NCBI GenBank assembly: GCA_934234185.1
Contig: CAKQHO010000004.1
Location: 15,576 to 79,575 of the forward strand
DNA from: an uncultured Psychrobacillus sp.
GTDB lineage: Bacteria > Bacillota > Bacilli > Bacillales_A > Planococcaceae
Reading direction: 5' to 3'
DNA length: 64,000 bases
The number at the start of each line of letters is the position of its first letter. Within the stretch, counting starts at the first letter, position 1. The notes under the pieces were generated by a model. The model was not told the DNA's origin. It worked only from the letters and a program-made list of their open reading frames with translations, and searched no databases. The position numbers and the translations under genes are program-made. Shown here one piece after another: positions 21,578-33,446 of this stretch.

Positions 21578-22507
21578 ATGCCTCATGTAACAACAAAGGA
21601 TGTAAAAGAAAAGTTTAACCTTACCCTTGTAAGTGGAGAAGAAGGGATAGGCAGACATATTGCGGTCAGTGATATTTCCAGACCAGGGATAGAAATAGCA
21701 GGCTACTTTATCCATTACGCTTCAGACAGAATACAGCTTCTTGGGAAAACAGAGCTTTCCTTTTTTGAGATGCTACCTCATAAGGAAAAAAGTGAGCGAA
21801 TGATGAAGCTTTGTGCACAGGATACACCAGTTATTATTGTCGCTCATGGCATGGAGGTACCGGAAGAATTAATCGAAGCATCTCATAGAAAGTCAGTTCC
21901 AGTATTGACCACTTCAATGCCGACAACTAGGTTCTCTAGCTTGCTCACCAATTTTTTAGAGAGTCAATTGGCACCAACTACTGCACTGCATGGGGTGTTG
22001 GTAGATATATATGGAGTTGGCGTATTGATTACAGGAAAAAGTGGAGTCGGGAAAAGTGAGACGGCGCTAGAGCTTGTAAAAAGAGGCCATCGACTTGTAG
22101 CAGATGATTGCGTAGAAATTCGCCAAGAGGCAGAAGATACGCTTGTCGGTAGTGCGCCTAAACTCATCGAGCATCTTTTAGAAATTAGAGGTTTAGGTAT
22201 AATAGATATAATGACACTATTTGGTGCTAGTGCTATTCGAAGCTATAAACGAATTACCCTAGTAATTGAGCTAGAGCTTTGGGATGAGAAGAAGACGTAT
22301 GATCGACTTGGACTTGAAGAAGACAAGATGGTCATTATTGACACTGCCGTAACTAAATTAACGTTACCAGTAAGACCAGGTCGAAATATTGCCGTAATCA
22401 TAGAGGTTGCAGCAATGAACCATCGACTAAAGAGAATGGGTGTTAATGCAGCAGAGGACTTTGCGAAGCGTCTAGATGATGTAATAAGTCAAAATGGAGA
22501 GTTTTAA
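21578..22507 (+). CDS. hprK: HPr kinase/phosphorylase
   Basis: '[39 protein letters not shown]'. ATG at 21578 follows GGAAGGAG, and the ORF-track N-terminal extension is rejected. Confidence 0.95.
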   Translation: MPHVTTKDVKEKFNLTLVSGEEGIGRHIAVSDISRPGIEIAGYFIHYASDRIQLLGKTELSFFEMLPHKEKSERMMKLCAQDTPVIIVAHGMEVPEELIEASHRKSVPVLTTSMPTTRFSSLLTNFLESQLAPTTALHGVLVDIYGVGVLITGKSGVGKSETALELVKRGHRLVADDCVEIRQEAEDTLVGSAPKLIEHLLEIRGLGIIDIMTLFGASAIRSYKRITLVIELELWDEKKTYDRLGLEEDKMVIIDTAVTKLTLPVRPGRNIAVIIEVAAMNHRLKRMGVNAAEDFAKRLDDVISQNGEF

Positions 22508-22529
22508 GCAGGACTGAAGGGAGCATTTT

Positions 22530-23345
22530 ATGAATACTTTATTAGCAATTAATCCAGTAGCTTTTTCCTTGGGTTCAATCGAAGTTCGATGGTATGGAAT
22601 TATCATTGCATTCGGAATAATATTGGCTTATATAGTCGGTCAACGGGAAATGGTGAAGCGTGGGTTTCATCAAGAGTTTTTAACTGATTTACTTATTTGG
22701 GCTGTTCCGATTGCGATTATAAGTGCCCGCATATACTATGTTATCTTTAAATGGGACTCTTATATGGAAAATCCCGAAAAAATTATTCAAATCTGGAATG
22801 GTGGGATTGCCATTCATGGAGCATTAATCGGATCTTTCCTCACAGGATACTTTTTTTCAAAAAAGAGGAAGACATCCTTTTGGAAGCTGACAGATATATT
22901 AGCTCCGAGTATTTTAATAGGTCAAATAATAGGTCGATGGGGCAACTTTATGAACCAAGAAGCTCATGGTGGTGAGGTGACGAGAAGCTTTCTAGAAAAT
23001 TTAATGCTACCTAACTGGATTATAGAACAGATGTACATAGATGGGGCATATTATCACCCAACTTTTTTATATGAATCCCTTTGGAATCTAGTGGGGGTAA
23101 TTATTTTACTTCTGCTTCGCAAGGTTAATCTACGACGCGGGGAGTCTTTCTTGTTTTACTTAGTTTGGTATTCGTTTGGACGGTTCTTTATTGAAGGGCT
23201 ACGTACAGATAGCTTATATATGATTGAAAGCTTAGAGCTTAGAACGGCGCAGGTTGTGTCTGTGGTTACGATTATTGTTGCAATTGCAATTTTTGTGTAT
23301 AGAAGAAAAACAATGAAGCCAGTTGTTCGTTATCAAGATAAGTAA
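22530..23345 (+). CDS. lgt: prolipoprotein diacylglyceryl transferase
   Basis: '[14 protein letters not shown]' and '[11 protein letters not shown]' signatures in a polytopic membrane protein. Confidence 0.95.
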   Translation: MNTLLAINPVAFSLGSIEVRWYGIIIAFGIILAYIVGQREMVKRGFHQEFLTDLLIWAVPIAIISARIYYVIFKWDSYMENPEKIIQIWNGGIAIHGALIGSFLTGYFFSKKRKTSFWKLTDILAPSILIGQIIGRWGNFMNQEAHGGEVTRSFLENLMLPNWIIEQMYIDGAYYHPTFLYESLWNLVGVIILLLLRKVNLRRGESFLFYLVWYSFGRFFIEGLRTDSLYMIESLELRTAQVVSVVTIIVAIAIFVYRRKTMKPVVRYQDK

Positions 23346-23351
23346 AAAAGG

Positions 23352-24302
23352 ATGGGAAGAGAGATGGGGATTTTAAAGAGAGGGCTTGCTGCTGGGTTAC
23401 AAACAACTTGGACGCTAAGTAAAGTAATATTTCCTATTACATTACTAGTGGTCATTCTACAATATACACCCGTACTTCCTTGGATTATTCAGCTTATTGA
23501 ACCGTTTATGGGGTTATTAGGACTTCGTGGAGAAGCGGCAATACCTTTAGTATTAGGGAATGCTTTAAACCTATATGCCGGGATAGCAGGAATTCTTTCG
23601 TTAGAGCTTACGGTAAAAGAGGTATTTATTTTGGCGACGATGCTATCCTTCTCGCACAATATTTTTATTGAAACAAGTGTAGCATTACGAGTAGGAGTAA
23701 AGCTTTGGGTAGTGCTAGTAGTTCGCTTTGGGCTGGCAATTCTTTCGGCCGTTGTCATTAATCTTGTATGGCAAGGTGGAGGAGAAATAGCGAAATATGG
23801 TATTGTTTCTGCCTCCCAGCAGGTGCCGGACGGTTGGTTAGAGATTGGGCTGCTTGGTCTTCAAAAAGCAACCTTTGGAGTGCTGCAATTAGCACTGATT
23901 GTCATTCCTTTAATGATTATCATTCAGTATTTAAGAGATAAAAATTATATGCAAAGGTTCTCGGAAAAACTTGCTCCATTTACTAGGCTCATCGGAGTCC
24001 AACCGAATGCTTCCTCTACATTAGTAGCAGGATTAGTAATTGGTTTAGCGTTTGGAGCAGGGGTAATGATACAGGCTGTTCAAGAGGAAGGAGTTAGTAA
24101 AAAGGATGCTACGCTGGTCTTTATTTTCTTAGTCGCCTGTCATGCAGTAGTCGAGGATACCCTTATATTTATCCCTTTAGGAATACCAGTACTACCATTA
24201 CTAACCATACGTATTGTGACGGCTTTTATATTAACGATTTTTGTCGCATTCCTATGGAAAAAGGCAGAACAACGTAAACAAGAGGAAGTGTTAACATCAT
24301 GA
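23352..24302 (+). CDS. nucleoside-recognition-domain membrane protein, YvoD-like
   Basis: Polytopic membrane ORF sitting between lgt and ppaX, as yvoD does in B. subtilis. An alternative start is at 23364. Confidence 0.6.
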   Translation: MGREMGILKRGLAAGLQTTWTLSKVIFPITLLVVILQYTPVLPWIIQLIEPFMGLLGLRGEAAIPLVLGNALNLYAGIAGILSLELTVKEVFILATMLSFSHNIFIETSVALRVGVKLWVVLVVRFGLAILSAVVINLVWQGGGEIAKYGIVSASQQVPDGWLEIGLLGLQKATFGVLQLALIVIPLMIIIQYLRDKNYMQRFSEKLAPFTRLIGVQPNASSTLVAGLVIGLAFGAGVMIQAVQEEGVSKKDATLVFIFLVACHAVVEDTLIFIPLGIPVLPLLTIRIVTAFILTIFVAFLWKKAEQRKQEEVLTS

Positions 24303-24946
24303 GATATAAAGCGCTATTGTTCGATTTAGATGGAACCTTATTAAATACAAACGAGCTAATTATTGAATCTTTTTTACATATTTTAGGAGAAAAATTTCCT
24401 GGGAAATATGATAGAGAAGCAGTATTGCCGTTTTTGGGACCTTCCTTGAAGGAAACATTCGACAGCATAGACCCTACTATGACAGAGATGCTGATGGCTT
24501 CCTATCGTGAGTGGAATGTGAGGAATCACGATGCAATGGTTACACCATTTGATGGGGTTGTCGAAACGTTACAGAAGCTGAAGGAACAGGGGTATAAAAT
24601 AGCGATTGTTTCGACGAAAAGACGAGAAATGATTGAAAAGGGCCTAGGGTTAATAAACTGCGAAAAACTATTTGATACAATAGTGGGGCTTGAGGATATT
24701 ACCAATACTAAGCCAGATCCTGAACCGATTCTTTTGGCTTTAAAGCAATTAGATGTAAAACCTAAGGATGCATTGATGATTGGAGACAATTATCATGATA
24801 TCGTTGGCGGACAGCGAGCTGGTACTGATACGGCTGCGGTAGCGTGGTCCATAAAGGGAGAGGCGTTCTTAGCGACCTTCAACCCAACCTATATGCTCCA
24901 GCATATTAGTGAAGTTATTGATATTGCAGCGGGACAGCCAGTATGA
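24299..24946 (+). CDS. ppaX: pyrophosphatase PpaX (HAD superfamily)
   Basis: HAD motif I 'LLFDLDGTL', then 'VSTK' and 'GDNYHDI'. Conserved position after lgt-yvoD. Confidence 0.85.
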   Translation: MRYKALLFDLDGTLLNTNELIIESFLHILGEKFPGKYDREAVLPFLGPSLKETFDSIDPTMTEMLMASYREWNVRNHDAMVTPFDGVVETLQKLKEQGYKIAIVSTKRREMIEKGLGLINCEKLFDTIVGLEDITNTKPDPEPILLALKQLDVKPKDALMIGDNYHDIVGGQRAGTDTAAVAWSIKGEAFLATFNPTYMLQHISEVIDIAAGQPV

Positions 24947-25458
24947 GAAGGACGGAGAGATATCCGGTGAAGGGTGCAAATTCTCTTTGGCATGTGTATG
25001 ATACTGTTCCTTTTTGGAAGGTAATGAAAAATTTTATATTTATTCAAGCCGCAAGATATTCTCCGTTCTTAAGCTGGAAGAATTTCTTCTATAAAACCTT
25101 TTTAAAAATGGAGGTAGGAAAGGAAAGCTCATTTGCCTTAATGGTGATGATGGATGTAATGTTTCCTGAGCGAATAAAAGTCGGGTCAAACACCATTATT
25201 GGTTATAATACGACTATTCTGGCTCATGAATATTTGATCGATGAGTACCGGATTGGTGATGTTATTATAGGTGATAGGGTGATGATTGGAGCAAATTCCA
25301 CCATTCTTCCAGGAGTGACTATTGGAGACGATGCCATCATCTCTGCTGCAACACTGGTCAATGCAGATGTTCCGGAAGGTGCTTTTGTCGGAGGAAACCC
25401 GATGAGAATTATTTATACGAAAGAAGAAATGCAAAAACGAAATAAGAAGCAACATTAG
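24943..25458 (+). CDS. hexapeptide-repeat O-acetyltransferase, YvoF-like
   Basis: Left-handed beta-helix repeats ('IGDRVMIGANSTILPGVTIGDDAIISAATLV'). Synteny with yvoF. Confidence 0.75.
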   Translation: MRRTERYPVKGANSLWHVYDTVPFWKVMKNFIFIQAARYSPFLSWKNFFYKTFLKMEVGKESSFALMVMMDVMFPERIKVGSNTIIGYNTTILAHEYLIDEYRIGDVIIGDRVMIGANSTILPGVTIGDDAIISAATLVNADVPEGAFVGGNPMRIIYTKEEMQKRNKKQH

Positions 25459-25462
25459 AAAA

Positions 25463-25487
25463 CTGAGGGAAAATCCTCAGTTTTTTT
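25463..25487 (+). terminator. rho-independent terminator
   Basis: CTGAGGGA-AAA-TCCTCAG stem followed by T7. Confidence 0.8.
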
Positions 25488-25586
25488 ATTTGCCAATTAA
25501 AAGGAAAATATCTATAAAATTGGATTATGAACTAGCAAGGTCGAAGCTTTATTTATAGTCGTGCATCTTACCTAAAAATGGATTTA

Positions 25587-25615
25587 TTGACGAATAGAAA
25601 TAAATGCGATAAAAT
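25587..25615 (+). promoter_or_regulatory. sigma-A type promoter of the his operon
   Basis: TTGACG, 17-nt spacer, TAAAAT, about 65 nt upstream of hisZ. Confidence 0.5.
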
Positions 25616-25678
25616 TTAAATAATTTATTATATTAGTTCTCTAATTCTCTAGTGTATGAAAGTAGATGAGGTGATTGG

Positions 25679-26857
25679 GTGAGTAAGGTTCAGATGTTTG
25701 AAAAGCCGTTAGGAATGAGGGACTCATTTCCAAGGGTGAATGAACAAAAGGAATATGTTCGGTCAGCAGCAAGAAGCTTTTTACGAGAAAAGGGCTATGA
25801 TTTTATTAAAACTCCTTCTGTTGAATATTTTGAAACGATTGGGAAATTGTCCGCAATTGAGGAAGCTTCCCTATTTAAATTAGTTGATAACCAAGGTGAA
25901 ATGCTTGTCTTACGACCAGATATGACAACTCCAATAGCGAGAATAGCAGCATCGAAGCTCTTAAAGGAAAAGAATCCACTTCGATTAGCCTATTATGCAA
26001 ATGTATTTCGCGCTCAGCAAAGAGAAGGGGGGAGGCCGGCAGAGTTTGAGCAGCTTGGACTCGAGTTAATCGGAGATTTTAGTGCTTACGGAGATAGCGA
26101 GGTCATTTATACAGCAATTGAACTGCTAAAGGCCATAGGGCTAGAAAAATTTCATATCACTATCGGACATGCTGGTCTTTTAGAGGCCTTTTTACGTAAT
26201 AATACACAAACAGTAGAAGAGGCACGCCAACTCAGACAGCTATTAGTAGAAAAGAACTTTGTTGGTTACTCCCAAAGAGTAGAGGAATTACAATTACAAG
26301 ATGAATCGAAAGAAAATCTAAATAGATTAGTAGAGGACACGATTGATACGGGCTCATTAGAAGGCTTTCGACAATATCTCACGGAGGAACAGCAATATTT
26401 AATGGACCAGATCGAACAGCTTCAGCAGCTATTAGCTGTACAGGTGAATGATGTTGACCTCCTGTCCTTTGATCTCTCCTTAGCCAGCCATATGAGCTAC
26501 TATACCGGAATGCTATTCGAAATCTATGCAGAGGGCAGCGGCTTTCCTATTGGTAACGGGGGTAGATACGATGAGCTCTTTCAACAGTTTGGCGTAGAGG
26601 TTGGAGCTACTGGCTTTGGTTTAAGGGTTGATCGATTAATCGAAGTATTAGACAGTCAGTTGAATGTGGAGAAAAATACATTGCTATTATTTGATGAAGC
26701 CTCGTTTATGAAGGCGAACGTGCTGGCAGAAGCAAGAAGGGCTAATGGAGAACGGGTTACTCTTCAATTCCTAGAAAGTATATACGATGTAGAGGCTTTT
26801 AAGCAGAGCTTTCATGAAGTAATAATGGTAGCAGAAGGTGGTTCTTCCGATGAATGA
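25679..26857 (+). CDS. hisZ: ATP phosphoribosyltransferase regulatory subunit
   Basis: 'FEKPLGMRD' N-terminus and class II aaRS-like core ('[11 protein letters not shown]', 'GGRYDELF'). Immediately precedes a short-form hisG. Confidence 0.9.
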   Translation: MSKVQMFEKPLGMRDSFPRVNEQKEYVRSAARSFLREKGYDFIKTPSVEYFETIGKLSAIEEASLFKLVDNQGEMLVLRPDMTTPIARIAASKLLKEKNPLRLAYYANVFRAQQREGGRPAEFEQLGLELIGDFSAYGDSEVIYTAIELLKAIGLEKFHITIGHAGLLEAFLRNNTQTVEEARQLRQLLVEKNFVGYSQRVEELQLQDESKENLNRLVEDTIDTGSLEGFRQYLTEEQQYLMDQIEQLQQLLAVQVNDVDLLSFDLSLASHMSYYTGMLFEIYAEGSGFPIGNGGRYDELFQQFGVEVGATGFGLRVDRLIEVLDSQLNVEKNTLLLFDEASFMKANVLAEARRANGERVTLQFLESIYDVEAFKQSFHEVIMVAEGGSSDE

Positions 26858-27488
26858 GTTAACAATTGCAATGCCAAAGGGACGAATTTTTGAGGAGGCA
26901 TACAAGCTTTTTATTGCTGCAGGCTTTCAGCTCCCTACTGAAATAAGTGACTCTCGTAAACTAATAGTAGAGGCACCGGATGAAAGAATTCGCTTCATTT
27001 TAGCTAAGCCGATGGATGTCCCCGTATATGTCGAGCATGGGGTAGCGGATATCGGAATAGCAGGAAAGGATGTCTTGCTAGAGCAACATAGAGATGTCCA
27101 CGAGCTTTTAGATCTCGAAATAAGTAATTGCTATATTGCGACAGCAGGGCTACCTGGGTCGGCAATGAATGAGATTGCGCCACGAGTAGCGACGAAATAT
27201 CCTGCCATAGCGACAAATTTTTATAAAGAAAAGGGAGAGCAGGTAGAAATTATCGAGCTAAATGGCTCCATAGAGCTTGCTCCGATGATCGGTCTTGCAG
27301 ATAGAATCGTGGATATTGTGTCGACAGGGCAGACGCTTAAGGAGAATGGCTTAGTTGAATATGAGCGGATTGTAGATATTTCTTCTAGGCTAATAGTGAA
27401 CCCGGCAAGTTATCGTGTGAAGAGCAAAAGAATAAGAGAATTTGTTAGTCAGTTAAAGCTGGAACTAAAAGGTAGGAGAAGCATATGA
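26850..27488 (+). CDS. hisG: ATP phosphoribosyltransferase (short form)
   Basis: 'LTIAMPKGR', '[21 protein letters not shown]', '[14 protein letters not shown]'. Its ATG overlaps the hisZ stop. Confidence 0.93.
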   Translation: MNELTIAMPKGRIFEEAYKLFIAAGFQLPTEISDSRKLIVEAPDERIRFILAKPMDVPVYVEHGVADIGIAGKDVLLEQHRDVHELLDLEISNCYIATAGLPGSAMNEIAPRVATKYPAIATNFYKEKGEQVEIIELNGSIELAPMIGLADRIVDIVSTGQTLKENGLVEYERIVDISSRLIVNPASYRVKSKRIREFVSQLKLELKGRRSI

Positions 27489-28768
27489 AGATAGAAAAGC
27501 TTACATCCAATATTTCATTACAGCGCTCGGTAGAGGAAATCAATACACAACAGCTAGAAACTGTTCGTCTCGTCCTTCAAGAAGTGAAAGAAAAAGGGGA
27601 TGCAGCTCTAAAAGATTTCACAGAAAAGTGGGATGGAGTGAGGTTATCGAATCTTCGAGTGACGAAAGAGGAGATAGAAGAAGCGTATAATTCCTTCGAC
27701 TCTCAGCTCATAAAGGACTTAATGGAAGCTGCAGAAAATATTAAGGCATTTCATATGAAGCAGGCTCGTGACCAAATAGATTTCCCACTCAACAAAAGCT
27801 CGTATATCCAATATAGAGTAACACCCCTAGATGCAGTGGGGCTTTATGTTCCAGGAGGAACGGCTGCCTATCCCTCTTCTGTCCTCATGAATGCAATTCC
27901 TGCTAAAGTAGCCGGGGTAAATCGTGTAGTTATTGTTTCTCCACCTGATAAGAGCGGAAAACTACCAGCCTCTGTTTTAGTTGCAGCAAAAATAGCAGGG
28001 GTAGAGGAAATTTATAAAGTAGGTGGTGCTCAGGCAATTGCAGCATTGGCATATGGGACAGAGACTATTCTAGCCGTGGATAAAATAACTGGTCCTGGGA
28101 ATAGCTTTGTGGCATTGGCGAAAAGAGAGGTATTTGGTCAGGTTGCGATAGATATGATTGCAGGACCAAGTGAAATTGCCATACTTGCTGACGACACGGC
28201 ATTTGCAGATGAGGTAGCCGCAGACTTATTGGCACAGGCAGAGCATGATCGCTTTGCGAGCTCTGTGTTAATTACCACTAGTGAGCCGTTAGCAAAGGCT
28301 GTTGCGCAAGAGGTCGAGAGACAGTTGAAGGAGCTTCCACGAGAAGAGATAGCACGGGCTTCAATAGAAAATTATGGACGAATTTATGTCGCTGAAACAA
28401 TAGAGCAGGCAATACATGCGGTAAATGAAATAGCTCCGGAGCATCTAGAAATTATGACGGATAATCCCGAAGATATTGCAAGGCATATTCGCCATGCAGG
28501 TGCTATATTTTTAGGCAGATTTAGCAGTGAACCAGTCGGAGATTATTTTGCAGGAACGAACCATGTACTACCAACAAGCAGTACGGCTCGTTTTTCAAGT
28601 GGATTAAGTGTGGATGACTTTGTCAAAAAGACAAGTATCGTCTACTACTCAGAGGAAATGTGGCAGGAGCAATATCCAAAAATCGCACGCTTGGCTCGTC
28701 TGGAGCAGCTAGAGGGACATGCGCGTTCGGTGGAATCACGTAGCTGGAATAAGGAGGAGTCACGTTGA
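27485..28768 (+). CDS. hisD: histidinol dehydrogenase
   Basis: '[17 protein letters not shown]', 'AGPSEI', 'QAEHD', '[13 protein letters not shown]'. Confidence 0.95.
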   Translation: MKIEKLTSNISLQRSVEEINTQQLETVRLVLQEVKEKGDAALKDFTEKWDGVRLSNLRVTKEEIEEAYNSFDSQLIKDLMEAAENIKAFHMKQARDQIDFPLNKSSYIQYRVTPLDAVGLYVPGGTAAYPSSVLMNAIPAKVAGVNRVVIVSPPDKSGKLPASVLVAAKIAGVEEIYKVGGAQAIAALAYGTETILAVDKITGPGNSFVALAKREVFGQVAIDMIAGPSEIAILADDTAFADEVAADLLAQAEHDRFASSVLITTSEPLAKAVAQEVERQLKELPREEIARASIENYGRIYVAETIEQAIHAVNEIAPEHLEIMTDNPEDIARHIRHAGAIFLGRFSSEPVGDYFAGTNHVLPTSSTARFSSGLSVDDFVKKTSIVYYSEEMWQEQYPKIARLARLEQLEGHARSVESRSWNKEESR

Positions 28769-29358
28769 ATAAACGAATAGCTAAAATTGATCGGATGACT
28801 AATGAAACAAAGGTATGGGTAGAAATTGACCTAGATGGCGAGGGAAAAGCTGATATCGATACAGGCGTTCCCTTTATGGACCATATGCTAGATTTATTTA
28901 CCAAGCATGGTTTATTCAACGCAACCATTAAAGCAAACGGTGATACTCATATCGATGATCACCATACAACGGAGGATATAGGAATCGTATTAGGGCAAGC
29001 AGTGAAGGAAGCGTTAGGAGATAAAAAGAGCATCAAACGATATGGCAATGCCTTTGTTCCAATGGATGATGCTCTTGCTCAGGTGGTAATTGACATTTCC
29101 AATCGTCCACATTTAGAATTTCGCGCTCAACTCCCTGCTCAAAAGGTAGGGAACTTTGATACAGAGCTAGTGCATGAGTTCTTATGGAAATTTGCTTTGG
29201 AGGCACGAATGAATGTACATGTCATCGTTCACTATGGAGCCAACACCCACCATATCATAGAGGCAATCTTCAAGGCACTTGCTCGAGCAATAGACGATGC
29301 AATTACGGTAGACCCAAGGGTGAAGGGTGTGCCATCTACGAAGGGCTTACTTACGTAA
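28765..29358 (+). CDS. hisB: imidazoleglycerol-phosphate dehydratase
   Basis: 'TNETKV...IDTGVPFMDHML', 'DDHHTTEDIGI', 'GANTHHIIEAIFKALARA'. Confidence 0.95.
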   Translation: MNKRIAKIDRMTNETKVWVEIDLDGEGKADIDTGVPFMDHMLDLFTKHGLFNATIKANGDTHIDDHHTTEDIGIVLGQAVKEALGDKKSIKRYGNAFVPMDDALAQVVIDISNRPHLEFRAQLPAQKVGNFDTELVHEFLWKFALEARMNVHVIVHYGANTHHIIEAIFKALARAIDDAITVDPRVKGVPSTKGLLT

Positions 29359-29378
29359 CAAGAAAGGGGACAGAGGTG

Positions 29379-30128
29379 ATGTCCATACAGTTATATCCAG
29401 CAATAGATATGAAGGGCGGTAAATGTGTCCGTCTTTATCAGGGAGACTATGAGCAAGAAACAATATATGGCGATTCCCCCTTTGATATGGCTAGAAAGTT
29501 TGCAAGCGAGGGTGCCGAGTGGATTCATCTCGTAGATTTGGATGGAGCAAAAGACGGAGAGAAAATCCATGGAAATGAAGTGCTTCGTATTGCCAGAGAG
29601 CTTCCTGTTCACGTGCAGGTCGGAGGGGGCATCCGCTCGAAGGAAGACGTGGATTACTATTTAACCAACGGAGTGGACCGGGTTATTATAGGTAGCTTAG
29701 CGATTTCTCAGCCAGAGCTTGTTGCAGAGCTATTAGAAGAGTACAGTGGAGAGCAAATTGTCATCGGACTTGATGCAAAGGACGGCATGGTGGCCACTCA
29801 TGGCTGGTTAGAAACCTCCAGTAAATCAGCCGTTGAAGTAGGAAAGTATTTTGCTTCGAAAGGTGCGAAACATATTATTTTTACTGATATTGCTACAGAC
29901 GGAACATTACAAGGACCAAACCTTGCTGCCAACAAGGAGCTGGCAGAGGAAACAGGATTATCCGTTATCGTATCCGGAGGAATCAGCTCACTAGAGGACA
30001 TCGAGGAAGTGGCAAGACTATCGGAATCGACAACAATCAGTGGAGCTATAACTGGTAAAGCTTTATATAATAATCGTTTTACACTATTAGAAGCATTAGT
30101 AAGGGTAAAAGCACTTGAAAGGAAGTAG
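29379..30128 (+). CDS. hisA: ProFAR isomerase (HisA)
   Basis: 'LYPAIDMKGGKCVRLYQGDY', 'VGGGIRS', 'TDIATDGTLQGPN', 'VSGGISSLEDI'. ATG at 29379. The longer ORF-track start overlaps hisB in another frame. Confidence 0.9.
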   Translation: MSIQLYPAIDMKGGKCVRLYQGDYEQETIYGDSPFDMARKFASEGAEWIHLVDLDGAKDGEKIHGNEVLRIARELPVHVQVGGGIRSKEDVDYYLTNGVDRVIIGSLAISQPELVAELLEEYSGEQIVIGLDAKDGMVATHGWLETSSKSAVEVGKYFASKGAKHIIFTDIATDGTLQGPNLAANKELAEETGLSVIVSGGISSLEDIEEVARLSESTTISGAITGKALYNNRFTLLEALVRVKALERK

Positions 30129-30131
30129 GAA

Positions 30132-30761
30132 ATGATGACCAAATTACAATTCGACGAGAAGGGCCTTATACCGGCTATTGTGCAGCATGCCATTACAAGA
30201 GAGGTTTTAACCCTTGCTTATATGAATGAAGAGGCATATCAAAAGACAGTAGAAACTAGAGAAGCCTGGTTTTATAGTAGAAGCAGACAGGAGCTTTGGC
30301 ATAAGGGAGAAACCTCTGGTAATACACAACGAGTGTTAGCGATTAAAGCGGATTGTGATTCGGATGCTATAGTATTAGAGGTATTGCCAGCGGGACCAGC
30401 TTGCCACACAGGAGAAGAAGGCTGCTTTTTTAATCAATTGGAGAAATTTGAGGAGAGCCTTGGCTATAATGTCATCACTTCCTTAATTCAAACGATCGCC
30501 AGCAGGAAGAAAGAAATGCCGGACGGGGCATATACTACCTACTTATTTAATGAAGGGGTAGATAAAATTTGTAAAAAGGTTGGAGAAGAGTCTGCAGAGG
30601 TTATCATTGCATCGAAAAATAATGATGCAGAGGAGCTTAAATGGGAAGCTGCAGATCTTCTTTACCACCTATTAGTGCTGCTGGAAAATCAGCAGGTTAA
30701 CTTTTATGAATTACTAGAGGTTCTCCAAAAAAGACATGAAACCAAATCCAATAAAAAATAA
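30132..30761 (+). CDS. hisI: bifunctional phosphoribosyl-AMP cyclohydrolase / phosphoribosyl-ATP pyrophosphatase
   Basis: 'LIPAIVQH', 'YSRSRQELWHKGETSGN', 'DCDSDAIVLEV...GPACHTGEEGCF', then a HisE-like C-terminal half. Confidence 0.92.
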   Translation: MMTKLQFDEKGLIPAIVQHAITREVLTLAYMNEEAYQKTVETREAWFYSRSRQELWHKGETSGNTQRVLAIKADCDSDAIVLEVLPAGPACHTGEEGCFFNQLEKFEESLGYNVITSLIQTIASRKKEMPDGAYTTYLFNEGVDKICKKVGEESAEVIIASKNNDAEELKWEAADLLYHLLVLLENQQVNFYELLEVLQKRHETKSNKK

Positions 30762-30791
30762 TAGTTTGTGATATACTGAAGAGTATACTAA

Positions 30792-30825
30792 TAAGGGACG
30801 TTGCCAAACGTTCCTTATTATTTTT
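30792..30825 (+). terminator. rho-independent terminator of the his operon
   Basis: TAAGGGACGTT-GCCA-AACGTTCCTTA stem followed by a T-rich tract. Confidence 0.75.
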
Positions 30826-30837
30826 CGGAGGAATATC

Positions 30838-32364
30838 TTGAATAAGAAAAAAACAAAAGACAACAAGCAAAATATCATATCGTTCTTGCCGACAGGCGAG
30901 TACTACTATAAAAAAGCATTAGATGAGCTTCAAAAGGATGAATATGAAAAAGCTCATAAGTATTTGAAGAGAGCTTCTGATCTAAGTCCAGATGATCCAT
31001 TGATTTTACTTCAGTATGCGATACTGCAAATGGAATCAGAAAAATATGATTTTGCTCATGAATTACTTAGAAGTGCCCATGCACTAGATCCGAATGAGGG
31101 AGAGACTATGTTCTTTCTGGCAGAAGTAAATGCACATCTCGGAAACTTTATGGATGCTAATAAATTCGCAAAAATGTATATAGAGAAAGATATAAATGGA
31201 GAATATAGCGAAGAAGCAATGGAGATTATAGATTTCACGGAGCAGGAGGATATCGTCTCCCTTCAGCTTGATACACCATCAAGCGATGCACTTTTCCTCC
31301 AAGAAAAGGCGCGAAGAATGATGGAGCAGGGGAAGTTTCCAGAGGCTATCGAGCTTTTAGAGAATCTAATCACCGACCATCCAGACTTTTGGGCAGCCTT
31401 TAATAATCTTGCGCTAGCTTATTTTTATGTAGGCGAGGAAGAGCAAGCAAAGGCCCTTTTACATCAGGTGCTCCGAGAAAATAAGGGAAACATCCACGCA
31501 CTATGTAATCTGGCGGTAATTCATTACTATGAAAAGAATACAGAGGAGCTCGAGGAAATTACAGAGTTTCTTACAAAGATTAATCCGTACTTTATCGAGC
31601 ATCGCTACAAGCTTGGTGCAACATTTGCTTTAATTGGGAAGTACGAGCAGGCATTTAAGTGGCTAAGAAGCCTCCAGCGTAAAGGATTTGAAGCAGACCC
31701 TGGTTTCTATTTTTGGCTATCTCATTCAGCCTATTTTGCTGGGCATGAGGACATAGCGAGAAATGCTTGGAACCAGCTGCTAAAGATAGACCCAGAGAAG
31801 GCGGGCTTTGAGCCATGGCTGCCTCATATGAAGGATATGGCAGAAAAAGAGCCAGAGGAACATAAGGAATTTATTTTAGAGAAAATCCAAGATAAGCATG
31901 TGAGTGAACGAATCTTTGGTTTCTACCTATTAGGAAAGTCAAAGCATCGACAAGAGATTATCGCACATCCTAAATGGATTGTAGTAGACGAGCTGACCAC
32001 TATGGAAAAGCTATTCCTCGCTAATTCATTAGGACATAAGTTCGATGAGAAGGAACCGGCAGAAAAGGCATTTCTTCGAGCAATCGCCGCTACTGATCTA
32101 CTTTACCACGAACACAAGCCATTAGATCAATCTGCTACTTATTTATTTCAAATGTGGTTTGTTTTAATTGAACGTGCTTTAACAAAGGGCTATCCGTTTA
32201 AAAACCCTAAGGCGCTTGCTGCTGCAACGGAATATATGTTTGTTTCGTCGCGCACAAAGAATGCAACAAAGAAGCAATTTGCAGAGAAGTATGGAATAAC
32301 CACATCTACACTGACGAAGTATGTAAATGAGCTTATCCAATTTTTACCGTTATTCGACAACTAG
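30838..32364 (+). CDS. TPR-repeat protein (YvcD-like position)
   Basis: 508-aa ORF with a TTG start. Repeated TPR-like helices ('YEKAHKYLKRASDLSPDDP', 'FPEAIELLENLITDHPDFWAAFNNLALAYF'). Confidence 0.6.
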   Translation: MNKKKTKDNKQNIISFLPTGEYYYKKALDELQKDEYEKAHKYLKRASDLSPDDPLILLQYAILQMESEKYDFAHELLRSAHALDPNEGETMFFLAEVNAHLGNFMDANKFAKMYIEKDINGEYSEEAMEIIDFTEQEDIVSLQLDTPSSDALFLQEKARRMMEQGKFPEAIELLENLITDHPDFWAAFNNLALAYFYVGEEEQAKALLHQVLRENKGNIHALCNLAVIHYYEKNTEELEEITEFLTKINPYFIEHRYKLGATFALIGKYEQAFKWLRSLQRKGFEADPGFYFWLSHSAYFAGHEDIARNAWNQLLKIDPEKAGFEPWLPHMKDMAEKEPEEHKEFILEKIQDKHVSERIFGFYLLGKSKHRQEIIAHPKWIVVDELTTMEKLFLANSLGHKFDEKEPAEKAFLRAIAATDLLYHEHKPLDQSATYLFQMWFVLIERALTKGYPFKNPKALAAATEYMFVSSRTKNATKKQFAEKYGITTSTLTKYVNELIQFLPLFDN

Positions 32365-32421
32365 GCAAATATGTTGATGAACGATTAAAAATTAGTTAGA
32401 TTGTAGATATGTGTTATGTAG

Positions 32422-33375
<954 letters not shown>

Positions 33376-33383
33376 TTTATAGG

Positions 33384-33414
33384 CTGTGGGAGCTTTAGGC
33401 TCCTGCAGTTTTTT
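33384..33414 (+). terminator. rho-independent terminator of trxB
   Basis: CTGTGGGAGC-TTTAG-GCTCCTGCAG stem followed by T6. Confidence 0.8.
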
Positions 33415-33446
33415 CTTGCATGTGATTTTTACTTTACATTTGATTT

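Noticed and set aside
25459-25678. T-box or other riboswitch leader upstream of the his operon.
   Set aside because: Only ~65 nt lie between the candidate promoter and hisZ. There is no specifier-loop, T-box 'AGAGA...GGTGGTACCGCG'-like sequence, or terminator/antiterminator pair.
29184-29378. N-terminal 65-aa extension of hisA suggested by the ORF track (314-aa ORF).
   Set aside because: The extension overlaps hisB in another frame and has no HisA similarity. The canonical HisA N-terminus 'SIQLYPAIDMKGG' begins at the ATG at 29379, preceded by a GGGGACAGAGG RBS region.
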